64,000 nt of DNA from Amoebidium appalachense (GCA_963693365.1 CAVNZM010000017.1:6748708-6812707); one strand, 5' to 3'; counted from the first letter of the stretch, positions 12,429-26,710 are shown. The notes: generated from the letters alone by a model not told the origin. Program-made: numbers and translations.

Positions 12429-13434
12429 CTAGAGCAGCATGGTGGTGGGCTTCTCGAGATAGTCCTTGAATGCCTTGAGCCACTGTGCGCCCACAGCCCC
12501 GTCCACGACCCGGTGGTCGCAGCTCAGCGTCACCCGCATGGTCGTGCCCTCAACTACTTCCCCTGTGTGGTCAGTGTGTCAGTGCCCTGCATGATCACAC
12601 ACACCCCTAATGATGTATTCTGGCCCTGCCTAACCATACACACACACACACAGACACACAGACACAAGACACACACACAGACACACACACACACCTCTGG
12701 TGCCTGCATAACCACACACATCCCCTCGTTACGCACCCCACCGATCTGACCCTCCCACCCTCCCTGCATCTCCCACTACACCCCTACCAGTCAAACTACA
12801 CCGACACGTGCTCCTGGCCAGCGCAACATCTTCCCATCCACGGGCGTTTCCCCTACAGAGTTCACCCTCTTTCTCTAACCGCAACCACCTGTGCTCCGTG
12901 TATGTTGACTCTGAACACCCCATATTCATCATAACTCTTGGCCCACCACCACCCTTTCTCGAGAGCGATGTGGCTGTTGGATTTTGAAAAACACAGACAC
13001 AAGTTACCCTGGCGGTGAAACCAGTATCCCTTTCTTAGGTCACAACACCATTTCTCTGTTCTTTGGGTACATCTGTGTGCACCTGTACACGTGTGTGTGT
13101 GTGCATGTGTCTGTGTGGGTGTTAGTGTGCGTACATGTGTATGTGCGCAAGACATACCGTTATGGACGAGCATAGTCTTCTGAGCGCCGCCGACGGCCAA
13201 AATGCAAGCCTGGGGGGGGTTTATGATAGCGCTGAACTGGGAGATGCCGAACATGCCCAGGTTGCTGACGGTGATGGTGCCCCCCTGGTACTCGTGGGGC
13301 TTAAGCTTGTTGGTCTTGGCACGGTCGGCTAGGTCCTTGATCAGGCGGCTGATCTCAGCTAGGCCCTAAGAGGGCGCCCCCGGGGGGGGGGGTTAGAATG
13401 AATGACACAAGGGGAGAGGGGAAGGGGAGACAGG

Positions 13435-13492
<58 letters not shown>

Positions 13493-14650
13493 GTAACGGC
13501 ATAAGGGGCTTTGGGAGGTCGAGTTTGGGGTGTCTCTGGTTGTGTGACTGTTTATCTATCTGTGGTTGCGGGTGGGCTGGGTTGGGTGTGCGGGTGGGTG
13601 GGTGGGTGGGTGGGTGGGGGGGGGGGGGGGGGGGGGGGGGGGGACGCGCGAACCAACATGTCAAGAGCGAGTAACACAATCTGGGGCCATGCAAAAAGAA
13701 AGTTAACACACTTTCAGTATGTAAAGAAATTAAGTGCCGTCCTCTGCTCATCTCCTCAATCCACCCCCCCCCCCCCTCCCCTCCCCTCTCTCCTTCTTTT
13801 CCTTCCGAATCATTTCTTCCTCCATTTCTCCCTTCGTCCCTTTCTCTGCACTTCTCATCTCCCTCTGAGAGTCAAAAGATTTATCTACACACACTGTTTT
13901 CTCACTTCCCTCCTGTGCCTTCTTTCCCCTCTCTTACACGCCTTTCCATAAACCCCCCACTTTAATCATTTCTACTATCAAAATCTCTCTCCCACCATAC
14001 CTTTGTCTCAGCAGCAGGAACGATAGGTGTAATGAGGCCACTGGGTGTGGACACGGCCACACTGACATCGACATTAGTGTAGCGCCTGATGACTGGGTCC
14101 TGCCAGCTGCTGTTGCACTCAGGCACGGCCCTGGAGGCAAGGGCTGTGGCCTTGACGATAAAGTCGTTGACACTGAGCTTGAAGTCCTTTGCATTGCTGT
14201 TGAGCTGCGCACGTAGCCTTGGGGGGGGGGGGGGGGGGGGGGGGGGGGAGGGGGGGGGAGTGAGTGAGTGGGTGAGTGAGTGAGTGAGTGTGTGAGTGAG
14301 TGAGTGTGTGTGTTGGGGGCCGAGGGGGGGGGGGGGGGGAGGAGTGGTAAGAACGGGGTGCACAGCTCAGAGAAAATGAAAAATAGGCAACAAAGTGCCA
14401 GAATGCCAAAGGCCGGATAAAAAGTGTTTTCTTTCTTTCTTTCTTTCTTTTTTTTTCCCCTTTCTTTCTTTTCTTTTCTTTTTTTCTTTTTCTTTTTCTT
14501 TCTTTTTTTTTTTTTTTGGGGGGGGGGAGGGGGTTAGAATGTATTATGGAGTGAAAACTCATGACGGGGTAACACTGTGCAGATTGCAAAGCGCACTGAA
14601 AGAGTGTGAATCGTGGGTGAGTGAGTGTGAGTGAGCGAGTGAGTGAGTGA

Positions 14651-14683
<33 letters not shown>

Positions 14684-14787
14684 CGCGTGTGTTCTGGGGA
14701 GGGGCACTGCTCCAGGCAGAGAGTAAAGCAGGCAACAAAGTACAAGAATGCCAAGGGGGACAAAAACAGGAAGTAAGAGCGATTGGT

Positions 14788-14822
<35 letters not shown>

Positions 14823-17393
14823 TGTATGCGTTAGATGGTTGGAAATATGGAGGAGACACCAGAGGACAACAACAAAACGTCACAAAAATGAGAAACCCGA
14901 AATCAAACAATATAAGTGTGCAGGCAGAAGACACTTGAACAGAGCCCATCATCAGGGTGGGTTCCTACGTCTCCACCAAACAATGGTTTGCGGGGGTAGG
15001 ATTACATACTCCATGAGGGCGTCGAGGCGGACCTCCTGTGTGAGATAGTAGTGGGGGATGGTGGTCTTGGACTCGAGCAGGCGGGAGGCGATGATCTGGG
15101 GGTGATGTGAGTTAGCACATGCTGCAAGTGAAATCAGTTCATACTCTATATTGCTATTGGAATAAAGGGAGGGGGGAGAACAGGATGCAGAGCAAAGAAG
15201 AAAGGGAGGCACGGGGCACACTTGGACCATTGAGCCAGATCCTTCACCAGGTGTGTTGCTACGCCTCTACAACAAAAAAAAAAAAAAGGGGGGGGGGGGG
15301 GGGGGGAGTAGAATCACAGGCAAACAAATGGTAAAAGTTTTAAAGGGAGGGGGACAGAAGTAAGCCATCCGTGCGCACAAAGGTAGCCCAACAGGGGTGG
15401 ACATAATGTGTGGGCACGTACCTTGCGCATGTTTGTGAGCTCTGTGTCCTGGAATGGGCTGGATGGAGCTGCACCGGCCGGGGCTGCGGTACCGCCACCC
15501 GATGCAAGCACTGGGGGGAGAATGGGTCAGAAAAAGGGAAATTGGGCAGAATGAGGGCAGCAAAAGAACAGACACCACCATGTAGGGTGTAGTAGAGTGT
15601 GTGGACCATGGGGGTGTCGGAGGCATATGGTGCTGGGGGGTGTGAAGACCCCACTCTCGTTATAGTGCAATCCCGGTTCAGCCCACCCCACCTCCCCCTC
15701 CACCTCCCCTCTCCTCTCAGATGTCACCGCCTCTCTCCTGTATTAATCCAAAACGGCACACGATATAGCATCCCCCACGCTATTATGTCAACGCCAGGAA
15801 ACGACATCATATGGGCCTACAGACTGTATTGATGGTATCATAAAAATACTCCAGTACGCGTGTGTGTATGTACCCCCCCCCCCCCCCCCCCTCCCCCCCC
15901 CCCTCTCTCCCCAGTTCACCCATCGGGCCCAGACACACGTGGCTGCCGTCCTTTCCAAACCTCACCACCCCCCCACCATTCGTCTTCTTGTCCACCAACA
16001 TGCTCATTATCCACCAACATGCTCATTATCCACCAACATGCTCATTATCCACCAACATGCTCATTATCCACCAACACAATATGGTGAGAATACCCCTCCC
16101 TTCCCCCCCCCCCACACACACACCCACGCACACACATAGCCCCCTCCTCACATCATACAGGTCGTCATTTGTGTGCATTACAGACAACCACAACCCACCC
16201 ACCCACCCCCCATGCGCACACACCCCCACTCACGCACCTGACTTTGCATGGCTGTAGATGTCCGACTCCACTACCCGACCATCGGGGCCAGTACCCTTGA
16301 GTCCACTGCAAAGCAACACCATTAGCACATAGGCACCCCCATGTCATTAAATCCCTGCTCAACACACACAAGCACGCACCCTCCCCCTCCCCCCCCCCCC
16401 CCTCCCCCTTCCCTCCTCTCCCCCCCCCCCACCCCCCCCCCCCCCCCATCCCCCTCTAACACCCACACACCCACACATCCACACACTCTGTGTGCATCAC
16501 CACCGACCTGCATACATGCAGCAGATAACAAAACAAGAATAAATGCTGAATTCTTACAATAATATTTTTAACTCAGTCGGGCAGCAGTTTGCTATGGAAA
16601 CCATGTGTGAAAATATGTGCACCTTACATCCCCCCCCCCCCTCCCCTCACCTATGTCCCAAACACACAAACGCCCACATACACACACACACATGTCCCCC
16701 TGCCCCTCCCCAAAACCCCAAAACACACCCGCCCACCCACCCACACCCACACCCACACCCACCCCCACCCACATGCACCCACGTACGTGAGGTCCAGGCC
16801 CAGCTCCTTTGCCAGTTTCTTTGCCAGTGGGCTGCCCTTGCCATCACTGGACACAGCTACTGCCTGAAACACATACGTCAGACCCCGGGGGAGGGGGGGG
16901 GGGGGGGGGGGGGGGGGCTTGGGAGGGCTTGGAACAAGAGTACACGACAAGCCAAAGACGATAAACGATAATGTGAATCTTGAACACAGCCCCTCACTCA
17001 TCCCGGGGAGAAGGGGGAAAAGTGGGAAAGGCAGGGTGGTGGTGGTGGTGGTGGTGGTGGTGGTGGTGGGGGGGGGGGGGGGGGGAAGGGGGAGACGCAA
17101 AAAAAGAAAATGAACACAGACTCTTCGACTTGCTCCGCATGGTTCGCAACATTTGCTTTAGCAAGAAGAGGTGGGTCACCCTGCTTTGGCTAATCTTGGT
17201 GCACCACAAAAGAACAAACTGTGCATGGAACTTTGGCATCGTTTAGAGCTTCCTTTGCAAATGGCGACTACCGATCAGCGCCGATCTCAAGCAGGAAGTG
17301 ACGCCACCTAAGGTAGCCCATATTCACTCAAAGAAGTGTTGTTTGTGCAAAAATCCCCATCATGTTGTGGTTCTCGATACGCTATTGAGTCCA

Positions 17394-17434
<41 letters not shown>

Positions 17435-17484
17435 GAAGGGGCAGGGTTGTGTGTGTGAGTGTGTGTGTGGCGTCGAAAGGGGTG

Positions 17485-17520
<36 letters not shown>

Positions 17521-18995
17521 GTTTGGGGGGTGGAGGGTAGGGTGGGGGGATATTTACGGGTGCTGCCGGTGCAACTGGTGCAGGTGTTGGTGCTGGGGGG
17601 GCTGCGGCGGCAGGGGCAGGGGTGGGGGCAGGGGCTGAGGGGGCAGGGGCAGCAGCAGGCTTGGCCGGGGCATCGCCAGAGTCGGCGTAGGAGGCAAAGG
17701 CAGACACATCACCCTTATCCTCTACGATGATGCAGAGACCCTTTTTTTGGGGGGGGGGGGTTAGAATGCAGAAAACGGTATGAAGTACAATTACACGATG
17801 AGAAACACTGTGCAGAACACAGACAAAAGCAAACATCCAAGTATGCAACACCAGCAACACGCGCAGTATGTAATATAAGCAGAGCCCATTCCCTGGGGTG
17901 GGGTGGGGGTGGGGGGGGGGGGGGGGGGGGGGGGAGGGTGTACTGTACAGTGGCTTTGTAACGGTTACATATTACAGAAGTGACATAAAAGGATACAAGA
18001 AAATCGGCAAAAGAAGAACAACCCATCGTCAGGAGAGTTACAAAAGGGTGGGGTAGAAAGGGTGGGAGGAGGAGGAGGAGGAGGAGGTGGTGGTGGTGGT
18101 GGTGGGAGGGGGGGGGGGAGGGGGTTTGAATGCGGAACACAGTACGAAGTACGCATACACGACGAGAAGCATGGTGCAGGACACATGCAAAGGCAAACAT
18201 TCAAGTATGCAACATCAGCCATGCGCACATTATGCGTCATAAGCAGAGCCCATCCTCAGGGAGGGGGAGGGAGGGGGGGAGGGGGGGGGGGGGGGGGGGG
18301 GGGGGGGAAGAATGGGATGGGGTGGGGTGGGGTGGGGTGGGGTGGGGTGGGGGTGAGGGGAGGGGGAGGGGAGGATTCCGGAAACAATTCAAACACTGTG
18401 GCAGAAGATTTCAAAAGACGTTGTTGCATGAAGGGAAAGGATACGATGCATGCGAGGAGAAGGAACACACCGGTTCTATAGCCACAAAGGTTCTATAGCC
18501 TGTATGTGTATATATGTGAGCGCACGCGGACAGCCGTGTATGTGTGTGTGTTTCAGTGTTTGTGGGGGTGTATGTGCATGGGTGCATGGGTGTCTCTGTG
18601 TCTGTTATCACTCTCTCTTTTTCTCCTCCCCCCTCCCCCCCTCTCTCCCAATATGTGCTTGTGCGCGGGCACTGTGAACGTATATGTACATGCATGTATG
18701 TCTGCGTGTAAACATGCATGTGTGTGTCTGTGTGCGCATGTGTCTGCGTGTGCCTGTGTGTGTGCATGCATACGGCTGTGTGCCCCCACCATGTGGCCAT
18801 GTATCCCTCATGCCCACCTTGCCCACAGGCACATCCTTTGTTCCAGCAGGCACCAATATCTTAGCCATGAACCCGTCATCACTGGCCTCAAACTCCATTA
18901 CCGCCTTGTCTGTCTCGATCTCCGCAATCACATCACCTGTGCTCACCTGTTCACACCGTGTGTGAAATTGGTGGGGTGAGGGGTGACACAACGGC

Positions 18996-19052
<57 letters not shown>

Positions 19053-20532
19053 CCCTCCCCCCCCCCTCCCTCCCTCCCTCCCTCCCTCCCTCCCTTCCCC
19101 CCCCCCCCTTCCCTCTCTCCCCCCCTCCCTCCCTCCCCCTCCCCCCCCCCCCCCCCCCCCCCTCCCTCCCCTCTTCCCCCCCCTCCCTCCCCCTCCCCCC
19201 CCCCCCCCCCCCCCCTCCCTCCCCTCCCTCCCTCTCTCTCTCTCTCTTCTTCTTCTTCTTCTTCTTTTTTTTTTTTTTTTTTTGGGGGGGGGGGGGGGAG
19301 GTACGAAGTACACATCCACGACGTACAAACTGCACATAAAAACCATAATACATCATGACATGCCCATCCTCACAGGAGGCTCAAGTCATCTACAGTACCA
19401 GAGTTTGTGATTGGAGGGATAAAGGGGGAAGAGGAGGTGGGGGGGGGGGGGGGGGGGGGGGGGGGGGAGGGGGGGGGGGGGGGGGAAGAGGGGACACACA
19501 GAACCCTTACAAGGATGATCAACGATGGACCTTGCATCATGTCACAGACCTTTACATATAATCAATAAGTAGCCACTGTGGGTCGGGGGCAGGGATGGTC
19601 GTGTGTGTGTGTGTGTGTGGGGAGGGGGGGGGGGAGGGGGAGGGGGTGGAGGGTCCGGTGGGGAGCGGGGGGGGGGGGGGGGGGGGGGAGGAAGAGGAGG
19701 GGTAGAAGGCAATGAGGGTTGATACATGCAGAAGCAGAGAGAAGAGTGATGGGCATGTGTGTGCGTACCTCATCCCCCTCCTTCTTCATCCAGTTTGCAA
19801 TGTTGCCCTGGGTCATGGTGGGGGACAGTGCAGGCATGGCAATCTTCTTGTGTGACGGCAGGTCTGCAAGTAGCAGTAAGTCTCATATGCATATGTCTAA
19901 AAGCACTACAACCATCACTAGATATCGAAACTTTGAAAGAGAGGGGGAGGGAAGGGGGGAAGGGGGGGTGGGGATGGGTGGGTGGGTGGGTGGTGGTGGT
20001 GGTGGTGGCGATGGTGGTGGTGGTGGTGGTGGTGGGGGGGGGGGGGTAGAATGTGTTACAAGCTTCGAAGTGCGCCGGTCTCTATTATTGGTTCCGATCG
20101 AAAACGGTGTAAACGGGTTACCCATATAAGGCAACTGTGCAAAATCGAAAAAGGTTAAAGTCCCGGTAAGTATTCATGACGGACAACCCAAAGCAGATTT
20201 CAAAGAAAAACAGAAGAACGTGCATCATAAGATTAGCCCATCCTTGGGGGGCATATGATGAAGTAGAAAAATACCCTTCAAGACCCCCACACCACTCACA
20301 CAGTGTCCCCACCACATACACACAGACAACAAACACAATGAAACACAAAACTAGTGCCAATCATGCACCCCTGACACCGCGTACATGTGCGCAGAACCAC
20401 ATGGAACAGAGACACACACTAACACACAGGCCATAGGGCATGCCATGTGTGTACCCTTCAACGGCGGAAAAATGACCATCCAAACCAGTGCTCTTCAATC
20501 ATCATATCCTTCTTTTTTTTTTTCCCTCCATT

Positions 20533-20572
<40 letters not shown>

Positions 20573-20887
20573 CCCACAAGTGACGTACCATATCTGGCAA
20601 GGGATGCCCGGAAGTGACGGGTGGCAATGACAGCGCCCAGGCCAGAAAGACTGAGGAATGTGGGGGTGGTGAGAAGAGAAGGGAGGGGGGGGGGGGGGGG
20701 GGGGGAGCGGGGTGATGCCCGAGCAGCTATCAGGTGAACGATACTAAGTTAGCACCGTGAGAACAAGCAATGCATGTAAAACACCTTTCGACTATGCATG
20801 GTATGACCAGAACGCACGGTGGATCTTAGAAACGTCAAGGGGCTTGATCATATGTGTGCTTGTGCAACGACGCGTTATTCCAAAAAC

Positions 20888-20954
<67 letters not shown>

Positions 20955-21791
20955 TGTGTCTGTGTGTGCATGTGTATGTGTGTATGTGCAAGCAGATGTG
21001 TGCGTTATGTGCGTGTGTTTGACCCTGTGTGTAAACAGAAAAAGGCTATGGGCACAAAACAAAAGAAAACAAAAAACAGATACACAGTTTCAAACACCCT
21101 TTAGGCAGTATCTAGCACGATAATTATGAGACACGTGGGAGCGTGGATTTCTTACGCTCACGAGTCGATACGCCACACTGAAGGAATTAATGCCGGAGGG
21201 AACCGGGAGGAGGGAAAGGGGGAGGCGGGGGAGGGGAGACAGAGAAAGGGAGAGGGAGAAGGGGGGGGGGGGGGGGGGGGAGAAGCAGTGGAGGCAAGCC
21301 CGCACCCGCTCCGACTCAATAAGCAGCACCAACTTTCTGTTCCACACAGTCTTTTTTCCACTGTTCCACTGTGAACACACCCATGTATGTGCCGTGCACG
21401 GCAAACCACAAACGTGCACTGGATTACGGGCACGCATCAACACGGATTACCAACCTACCCGCCCACTCACACCGCAAATACTCCAGCTAACGCTCACCTC
21501 CAGCTCCACCCCACCACCACCCACCAGCATGCTTGGGAATTTAAATTTAATGCACACATAATAATAATAATTAAATGCACACATAATAATGATAATTAAG
21601 GCACACGTACACGTGCCTGGGTACACCCTCCACCCCGACACACAGCCACACCTGCTTGCTGCAGCACGTGCCGTTGCAGTGTGTGTGGCCCCAACACGTG
21701 CGCACGTGGTCAGCGTGGCCTTGGCAAGCGCGGGTGCCTGTCTGCGGGCCAGCCCGGCCACCAGCCGCTGTGTCACTCTTGCTGCCTGCAT
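12429..21791 (-). CDS. DLAT: Mitochondrial pyruvate dehydrogenase E2, dihydrolipoamide acetyltransferase, single lipoyl domain
   Basis: 11 phase-compatible exons: 21652-21791 ([10 protein letters not shown]..., transit peptide), 20589-20650, 19769-19863 ([23 protein letters not shown]), 18818-18946 ([14 protein letters not shown], lipoyl Lys), 17558-17740 (Ala/Pro linker), 16787-16863 ([15 protein letters not shown]), 16238-16305 (GTGPDGRV), 15422-15510, 15010-15095 ([18 protein letters not shown]), 14001-14217 ([11 protein letters not shown]...[18 protein letters not shown]), 13158-13365 ([14 protein letters not shown]...[14 protein letters not shown]), plus the terminal exon 12429-12562 ([18 protein letters not shown]...MLL*), i.e. 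12 segments counting the terminal exon. Confidence 0.97.
15992..16076. repeat. 19-bp tandem repeat (CCACCAACATGCTCATTAT) x4.5
   Basis: Units at 15992, 16011, 16030, 16049 and partial 16068, in a DLAT intron. Confidence 0.95.
17761..17895 (-). repeat. Short interspersed intronic repeat, G/C-tract-flanked family, copy A
   Basis: Plus strand TTAGAATGCAGAAAACGGTATGAAGTAC...CAAACATCCAAGTATGCAACA...TAAGCAGAGCCCATTCCCTGGGG aligns with the copy at 18125-18260. Confidence 0.8.
18125..18260 (-). repeat. Short interspersed intronic repeat, G/C-tract-flanked family, copy B
   Basis: TTTGAATGCGGAACACAGTACGAAGTACGCATACACGACGAGAAGCATGGTGCAGG...TAAGCAGAGCCCATCCTCAGGG. The first 56 nt match the reverse complement of 52265-52320 at 54 of 56 positions. 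Confidence 0.9.
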
Positions 21792-23523
21792 TGTGCCTGG
21801 GGCGGAGGGGGGGGGGGGGGGGGGGAAGGGGGGAGGGGGGGGAGGGGGGAGGGGGCGAAGACTCAGTGAGAACCACAGAGGGAGGAAGTGGTGGAAGGAT
21901 GTGTCCGCAGTGCAGGCTTGTAAACGTAAGATATAATAAGTGGAATGCAGCGGGGGAAGGGGACGCATAAATTTGCAGTATGAGGGGTTGAGAAACTCTG
22001 CCTGCTGTCTGTGGTAGGGAGGGCCCTGTGTCTTGGAAACTCTGTCGGTATGTTGCAGGCAACCGTTATGAGTGCCTAAATAAAATGTTGTCACACCTGG
22101 CCCCAATAAGCATTTAGTGTACATGTCTGCTTGGGGAGGTGGAAGCAGTTCATTGAAGGCCCAACCTTTTCCCGCCAAGTTAGGACGACAACAACAAATA
22201 ATGTGGTGCAAAAAAAAAAGTGAAGTGGGCGGGAGCGAGTTGACTAATGCACATGGGAGTAAACCCTTGCTTTGTTTCAAAAGCTTTCCACACCCTGCAG
22301 TACCTCAAAATAGCAGTCGCGTATATCTCCTGTGTTCCTTGGTAGGATTGGATGTTTTGAAACGGCCCACGCGAGGAGAGAGTGAGGCTGGCTGGGTTGA
22401 AAAAAAACGAAATCCAAAAGCTTTTTCAGGCTGCAGTGCGGCAGTGGCGCAGAGCAGCGTTGGATAAAGTTTTGGAACAAACACCATATATGGCAGGCAT
22501 TCAAGAATTCCGTTTACCAATGAAATCACCTCAACAATAGCCATATAAAGAGATGAAATATATAAATCAATAATACGTTGTCATAAAGATGTATATATGG
22601 TCTATAAAGTGCAACGATTTAACAATAACATATTTTATAACTGCTATTTAGTAATTCTATGAACAATACGTGCTGTTATTAGATGGCCGCAATGAATCTT
22701 GATTTATTTACTTTTACTTCGCTCAGATTCTGGCCAAAGATGCACCCAATCATTGTAATCCAGCCTTTCTTGCGATCCGCCAATCATGTGCCGGCAGCAG
22801 AAAGTGGCGCGTGATTACACACCTGAACACACGCACGTGTATGAATGGGTGTCCTATGAGGCCCTATGAGTGCTGTTAGGACTGAGGCATGCTACGGCAG
22901 AAAGCGCAGGCTCTCGGAAAGGAAGGGATGGCTGTGTGGAGGCCTGCTGTATGCAGATAAGTCACACTTTGGGTTGCTTCCCGTCGTATATGCAGCTCAC
23001 ATATGCCAATGGGACGACACAACTTTACGGTATCGTCGGACATGCATGCGATGGCATGCAGGCGGCCATGGCGCCGGCCGGCCTACTGATATCACCACAG
23101 TCACACGTTTATTACCCCACATGTTACACTCACCACGGTGTGTTGCCTGGTAGTACGGTCTCTGGAGCCTTCATGATCATCCTCATCATAGCACAGCAGT
23201 TGGACAGTAGAATGCAAAACTTTCTCCTGGTACGGCCTCTGTACCCCCTCCCCCCTCCCCCCCCCCCCCCCCCCCTGCTCCCTGGATGCTGAGTCCCCCC
23301 TCGTCCTCTCCCACCCAACCCCCCCCCCCCCCCCCCTCTTCCCCCCGCCCCGGGGGGCCGCTCAACCCGGCTGCTGGCCCCCCCAACGATATCCCCCCGG
23401 CCACCCCTCAGGCATCTATTAGCACCGGCCAGCAGGACCCAAATACCTCTCTACGTCTGGGAGAAAACGGGCGCCGGCCACGTGCCACTGTGGGGGTGGA
23501 GGCCGGTGAGGTGGTGGGGGGGA

Positions 23524-23554
<31 letters not shown>

Positions 23555-23689
23555 ATCGCCTGCCCAGTACTGGTTGGCCCAGTGAAGTATTACTTATCGT
23601 ATTTAATTTAATAGTGGGTATCACGGTACATATACATGTGTGCACATAGATCTAGAACAGGACCGGCGCCAAACCACATTATGTATTCT

Positions 23690-23945
23690 ACAAAAGCTGA
23701 GAATATTTTGCAGAATTATGCAGCGAAAGCCGAGAATCATTCTGCCTGGAGCAGAAATATTCTGTTTCCACCTTTGTAACAAAATATTCTTAAACCTTCT
23801 AAAGGCAGAAGTGTTGTGTTTTGACCAGAGTTTCCCGAAGCTCTAAATACAGCAGAATATTCTGCAAAAGGCAGAATGATATTCTGCAAAAGCGGAATTA
23901 TTCTGCAGAAGCTGAATTGTTCTGCAGAAACCAGAATCATTATTA
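23690..23945. repeat. Cluster of palindromic GCAGAAT..ATTCTGC motifs
   Basis: Many AGAAT / ATTCTG(C) half sites, including GCAGAATATTCTGC, GCAGAATGATATTCTGC, GAATTATTCTGCAGAA and GAATTGTTCTGCAGAA. Confidence 0.75.
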
Positions 23946-24628
23946 ATTGCGCGATATGATGCTGTCGATGTGGCTGGGCCCTACTAGTACCTACACAGAC
24001 AGTATGGCATGCAGTAGCCTACTTAGCTAGGTAACTTAACTAATGTTGATATCTCAAGTTACCGGTTTGGATTGAATTTCATTAATATGCTTTATCAGAA
24101 GCTATGTATGTACGCCGCCGGCTGGGTGGCAGTGAGTCAGTGATGATAATAGTAATGAGGAGGATGGCAATGATGCACATATGAAGTATGTAATCTAATT
24201 GATGTTATGGCAGCCGCCTTTGGGTCAAAGTAAGCGGTGGGATCGGATCCCCCCCCCCCTCCCCCCCCCCCCTCCCCTCCCCCCCCCCCCCAACCCACCC
24301 ACCCACAACCTGTTAGTCTTGAGGGGGAGGGGGGGGGGGGGGACTTCAAATAACCATGCAGTTGGTATCGACTACCTCCCCTTCTAAATTCAGGGCCGAA
24401 AACTAATAGCTACCACGGTCCTTGATGTATGAATCAGCTTCAAGTGGTGCTACATGCAACACACAGCGCCGTACTTGCCATGATGATGTGACGTCTGGCC
24501 ATGGGCTGAAATGCTTTGCTGTCTAGTATTGCTGGTTCAATTGGGTTAGAGTCTCCACACGCCGTTAAACGGGCAAAGTTTGTAAAAAGACGGGGAGATG
24601 GAGAGGGGCAATTTTTCGTTTCTTTTTT

Positions 24629-24661
<33 letters not shown>

Positions 24662-24792
24662 GGTTTTTTTTCCGGGGGGAGGGGGGGGGGGGGGGGGGCA
24701 GGGAGGGGGGGGGGGGGGGGTCTCCCTCACTTAACGACCTCTGTGGTTTTCTTGGGGAGAGGTTGACACTGAGGACCCACCACGTGCAGCCA

Positions 24793-24834
<42 letters not shown>

Positions 24835-26014
24835 GAAAACCCCACACGGTCACCCCCAACGAACCCGCCCGGCCCATGCACTAACCAACAGGGTATCGAT
24901 CCTCTTTCTCTATCTCGACTGGGGCCTCCCGCGGCGAGGCTTACTTGTTGCCTACTCTTTCCATCATATCATCCGGTGTCCGTGGCCCCCGGGCCCTCCA
25001 ATGGTTACCCTTCCCTGCTCTCCTCTAGGAAACTTTCCCAACCCCAACTGGGCATTTCCTGCCAAACCTCCCTCAAACACTGTCCCGCACAATAACCTCA
25101 TGTGCCAAATCCCCCCCCCCCCCCCCCCCCGGCGGCGGCCTTCCACCCCCCCCTCTGCCCCCTCCACACACACCCACACAGGCACACACCCGGTATTAAT
25201 ACACACGAACACCGCACACAGAGAGCCTCAGAACTCTTCTGTATAGGTCACGTATGGTGCCGCGTCCGTCCCAAGGCCACATGTGCACATACGGCCACAC
25301 ACACACACCGCCGCACACAGTACATACTGTCAGAATGTTACACGGGTGCACGAGAATCGGCATTGTGTCATCTCTAAGTAACTAGGCAGTATCGCAATAT
25401 CACCGTTGGAACCAGAATGGGCCTGAACAAACAAAAAAGAAAGAAAGAAATAAAGTTGAAAATGTAAAAGTCTGGGAGCCAGAAAGGCGAGGTTGGAAAA
25501 GATTAAGAACCGGGAAGGGAAACAAAGCAAATTGAAAAAACGAGGCTGTTTTGGAAGGCTTCGCAAATTTCTATGCGCTGGCAAAGTATCATCCCTAAGG
25601 CATGGTGGCCCACTCCCGTTTGCACCAGCCCCTACATGTTCACGTCACTCGCAACTTGGGTACAAACGTTAGTAAACCCTGTTCTCTCTGGTTATTTAAT
25701 TTGGCTGGTATCATGCGCCCCATGCGATGGTTAGCCATCTGTTACTCAATCAGGTCACACAGTATTTAGGTTTTTTTTTTGGTACGTCCGGTAACTTTTT
25801 TTTTTTTTTTTTTTTTTTTTTTGGCCATTCTTGGGTGATGGTGAATGGAAAGCACACACCAGAAAGTTGTGTGAATTCATATTTCACTTAGCAATACGGA
25901 TTTCAGACTGGGCTCTTTGAGAAAACTTTGCCAAATGCCACGACAACCATGATGAATGGCATTTGGCAAGTTTCCATACGATAGTATTCCCCCCTCCCCC
26001 CCCCCCCCCCCCCC

Positions 26015-26054
<40 letters not shown>

Positions 26055-26671
26055 GGGGCCCCACCACCACCACCACCACTGCCACCACCACCACCACCAC
26101 CAACTCAAGCTTTAGCCAGTTTAGCTCCGGTACAGACACCGTGGTAGTATTAAGTGACCGTTGGTGCAAATGTCCAATCCTACCGTGCATGAGTGAGGCA
26201 TTAAATTTTTTCGCCTCTGCACACCCCCAAATGTAAACCACGGCAATAATGTTGTTGTACTTTTGTTTCCGCCGACCTCTACTTGTGTCATACTTCAGTT
26301 TTTTACGTGTGGAATCTGTTAAACAGTAGTCACGTACAAATGTACTTCACCTTTTTCATGCGGATGAAAGGTTAATGCGACCGGTCTACGAAGTACATGA
26401 ACTTGTGACATATAAATGCACTAACAAACGAAGGAATCAGCTTGAATCAATCCGCCTAAAACAAAGGCGCACTGCACTGCACAACTAAGTGCTGCCTAGG
26501 CTATCGCCACGGCCGGTTGTGGTACTTCTTGATATCTGCTCATAGGGCATGCCTTCTAGCATCCATGTCACAAATAGGGTGCTCCCTGCTCTACAATCCG
26601 ACTATGTTCGTGTGTGCGCGTACGATATGTATGTGTGCGTAGGAGTTGGGCGGATTTTTTTTTTTTTTTTT

Positions 26672-26710
<39 letters not shown>

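Noticed and set aside
15992-16076. CRISPR-like array (also 931-1182 and 41870-41945)
   Set aside because: Head-to-tail repeats without unique spacers, in eukaryotic introns, with no cas genes.
17095-17395. Repeat-free block in a DLAT intron as a possible C/D snoRNA (ATGATGG...CTGA on the transcript strand)
   Set aside because: Imperfect C box, no terminal stem and no rRNA-complementary guide that I can recognise.
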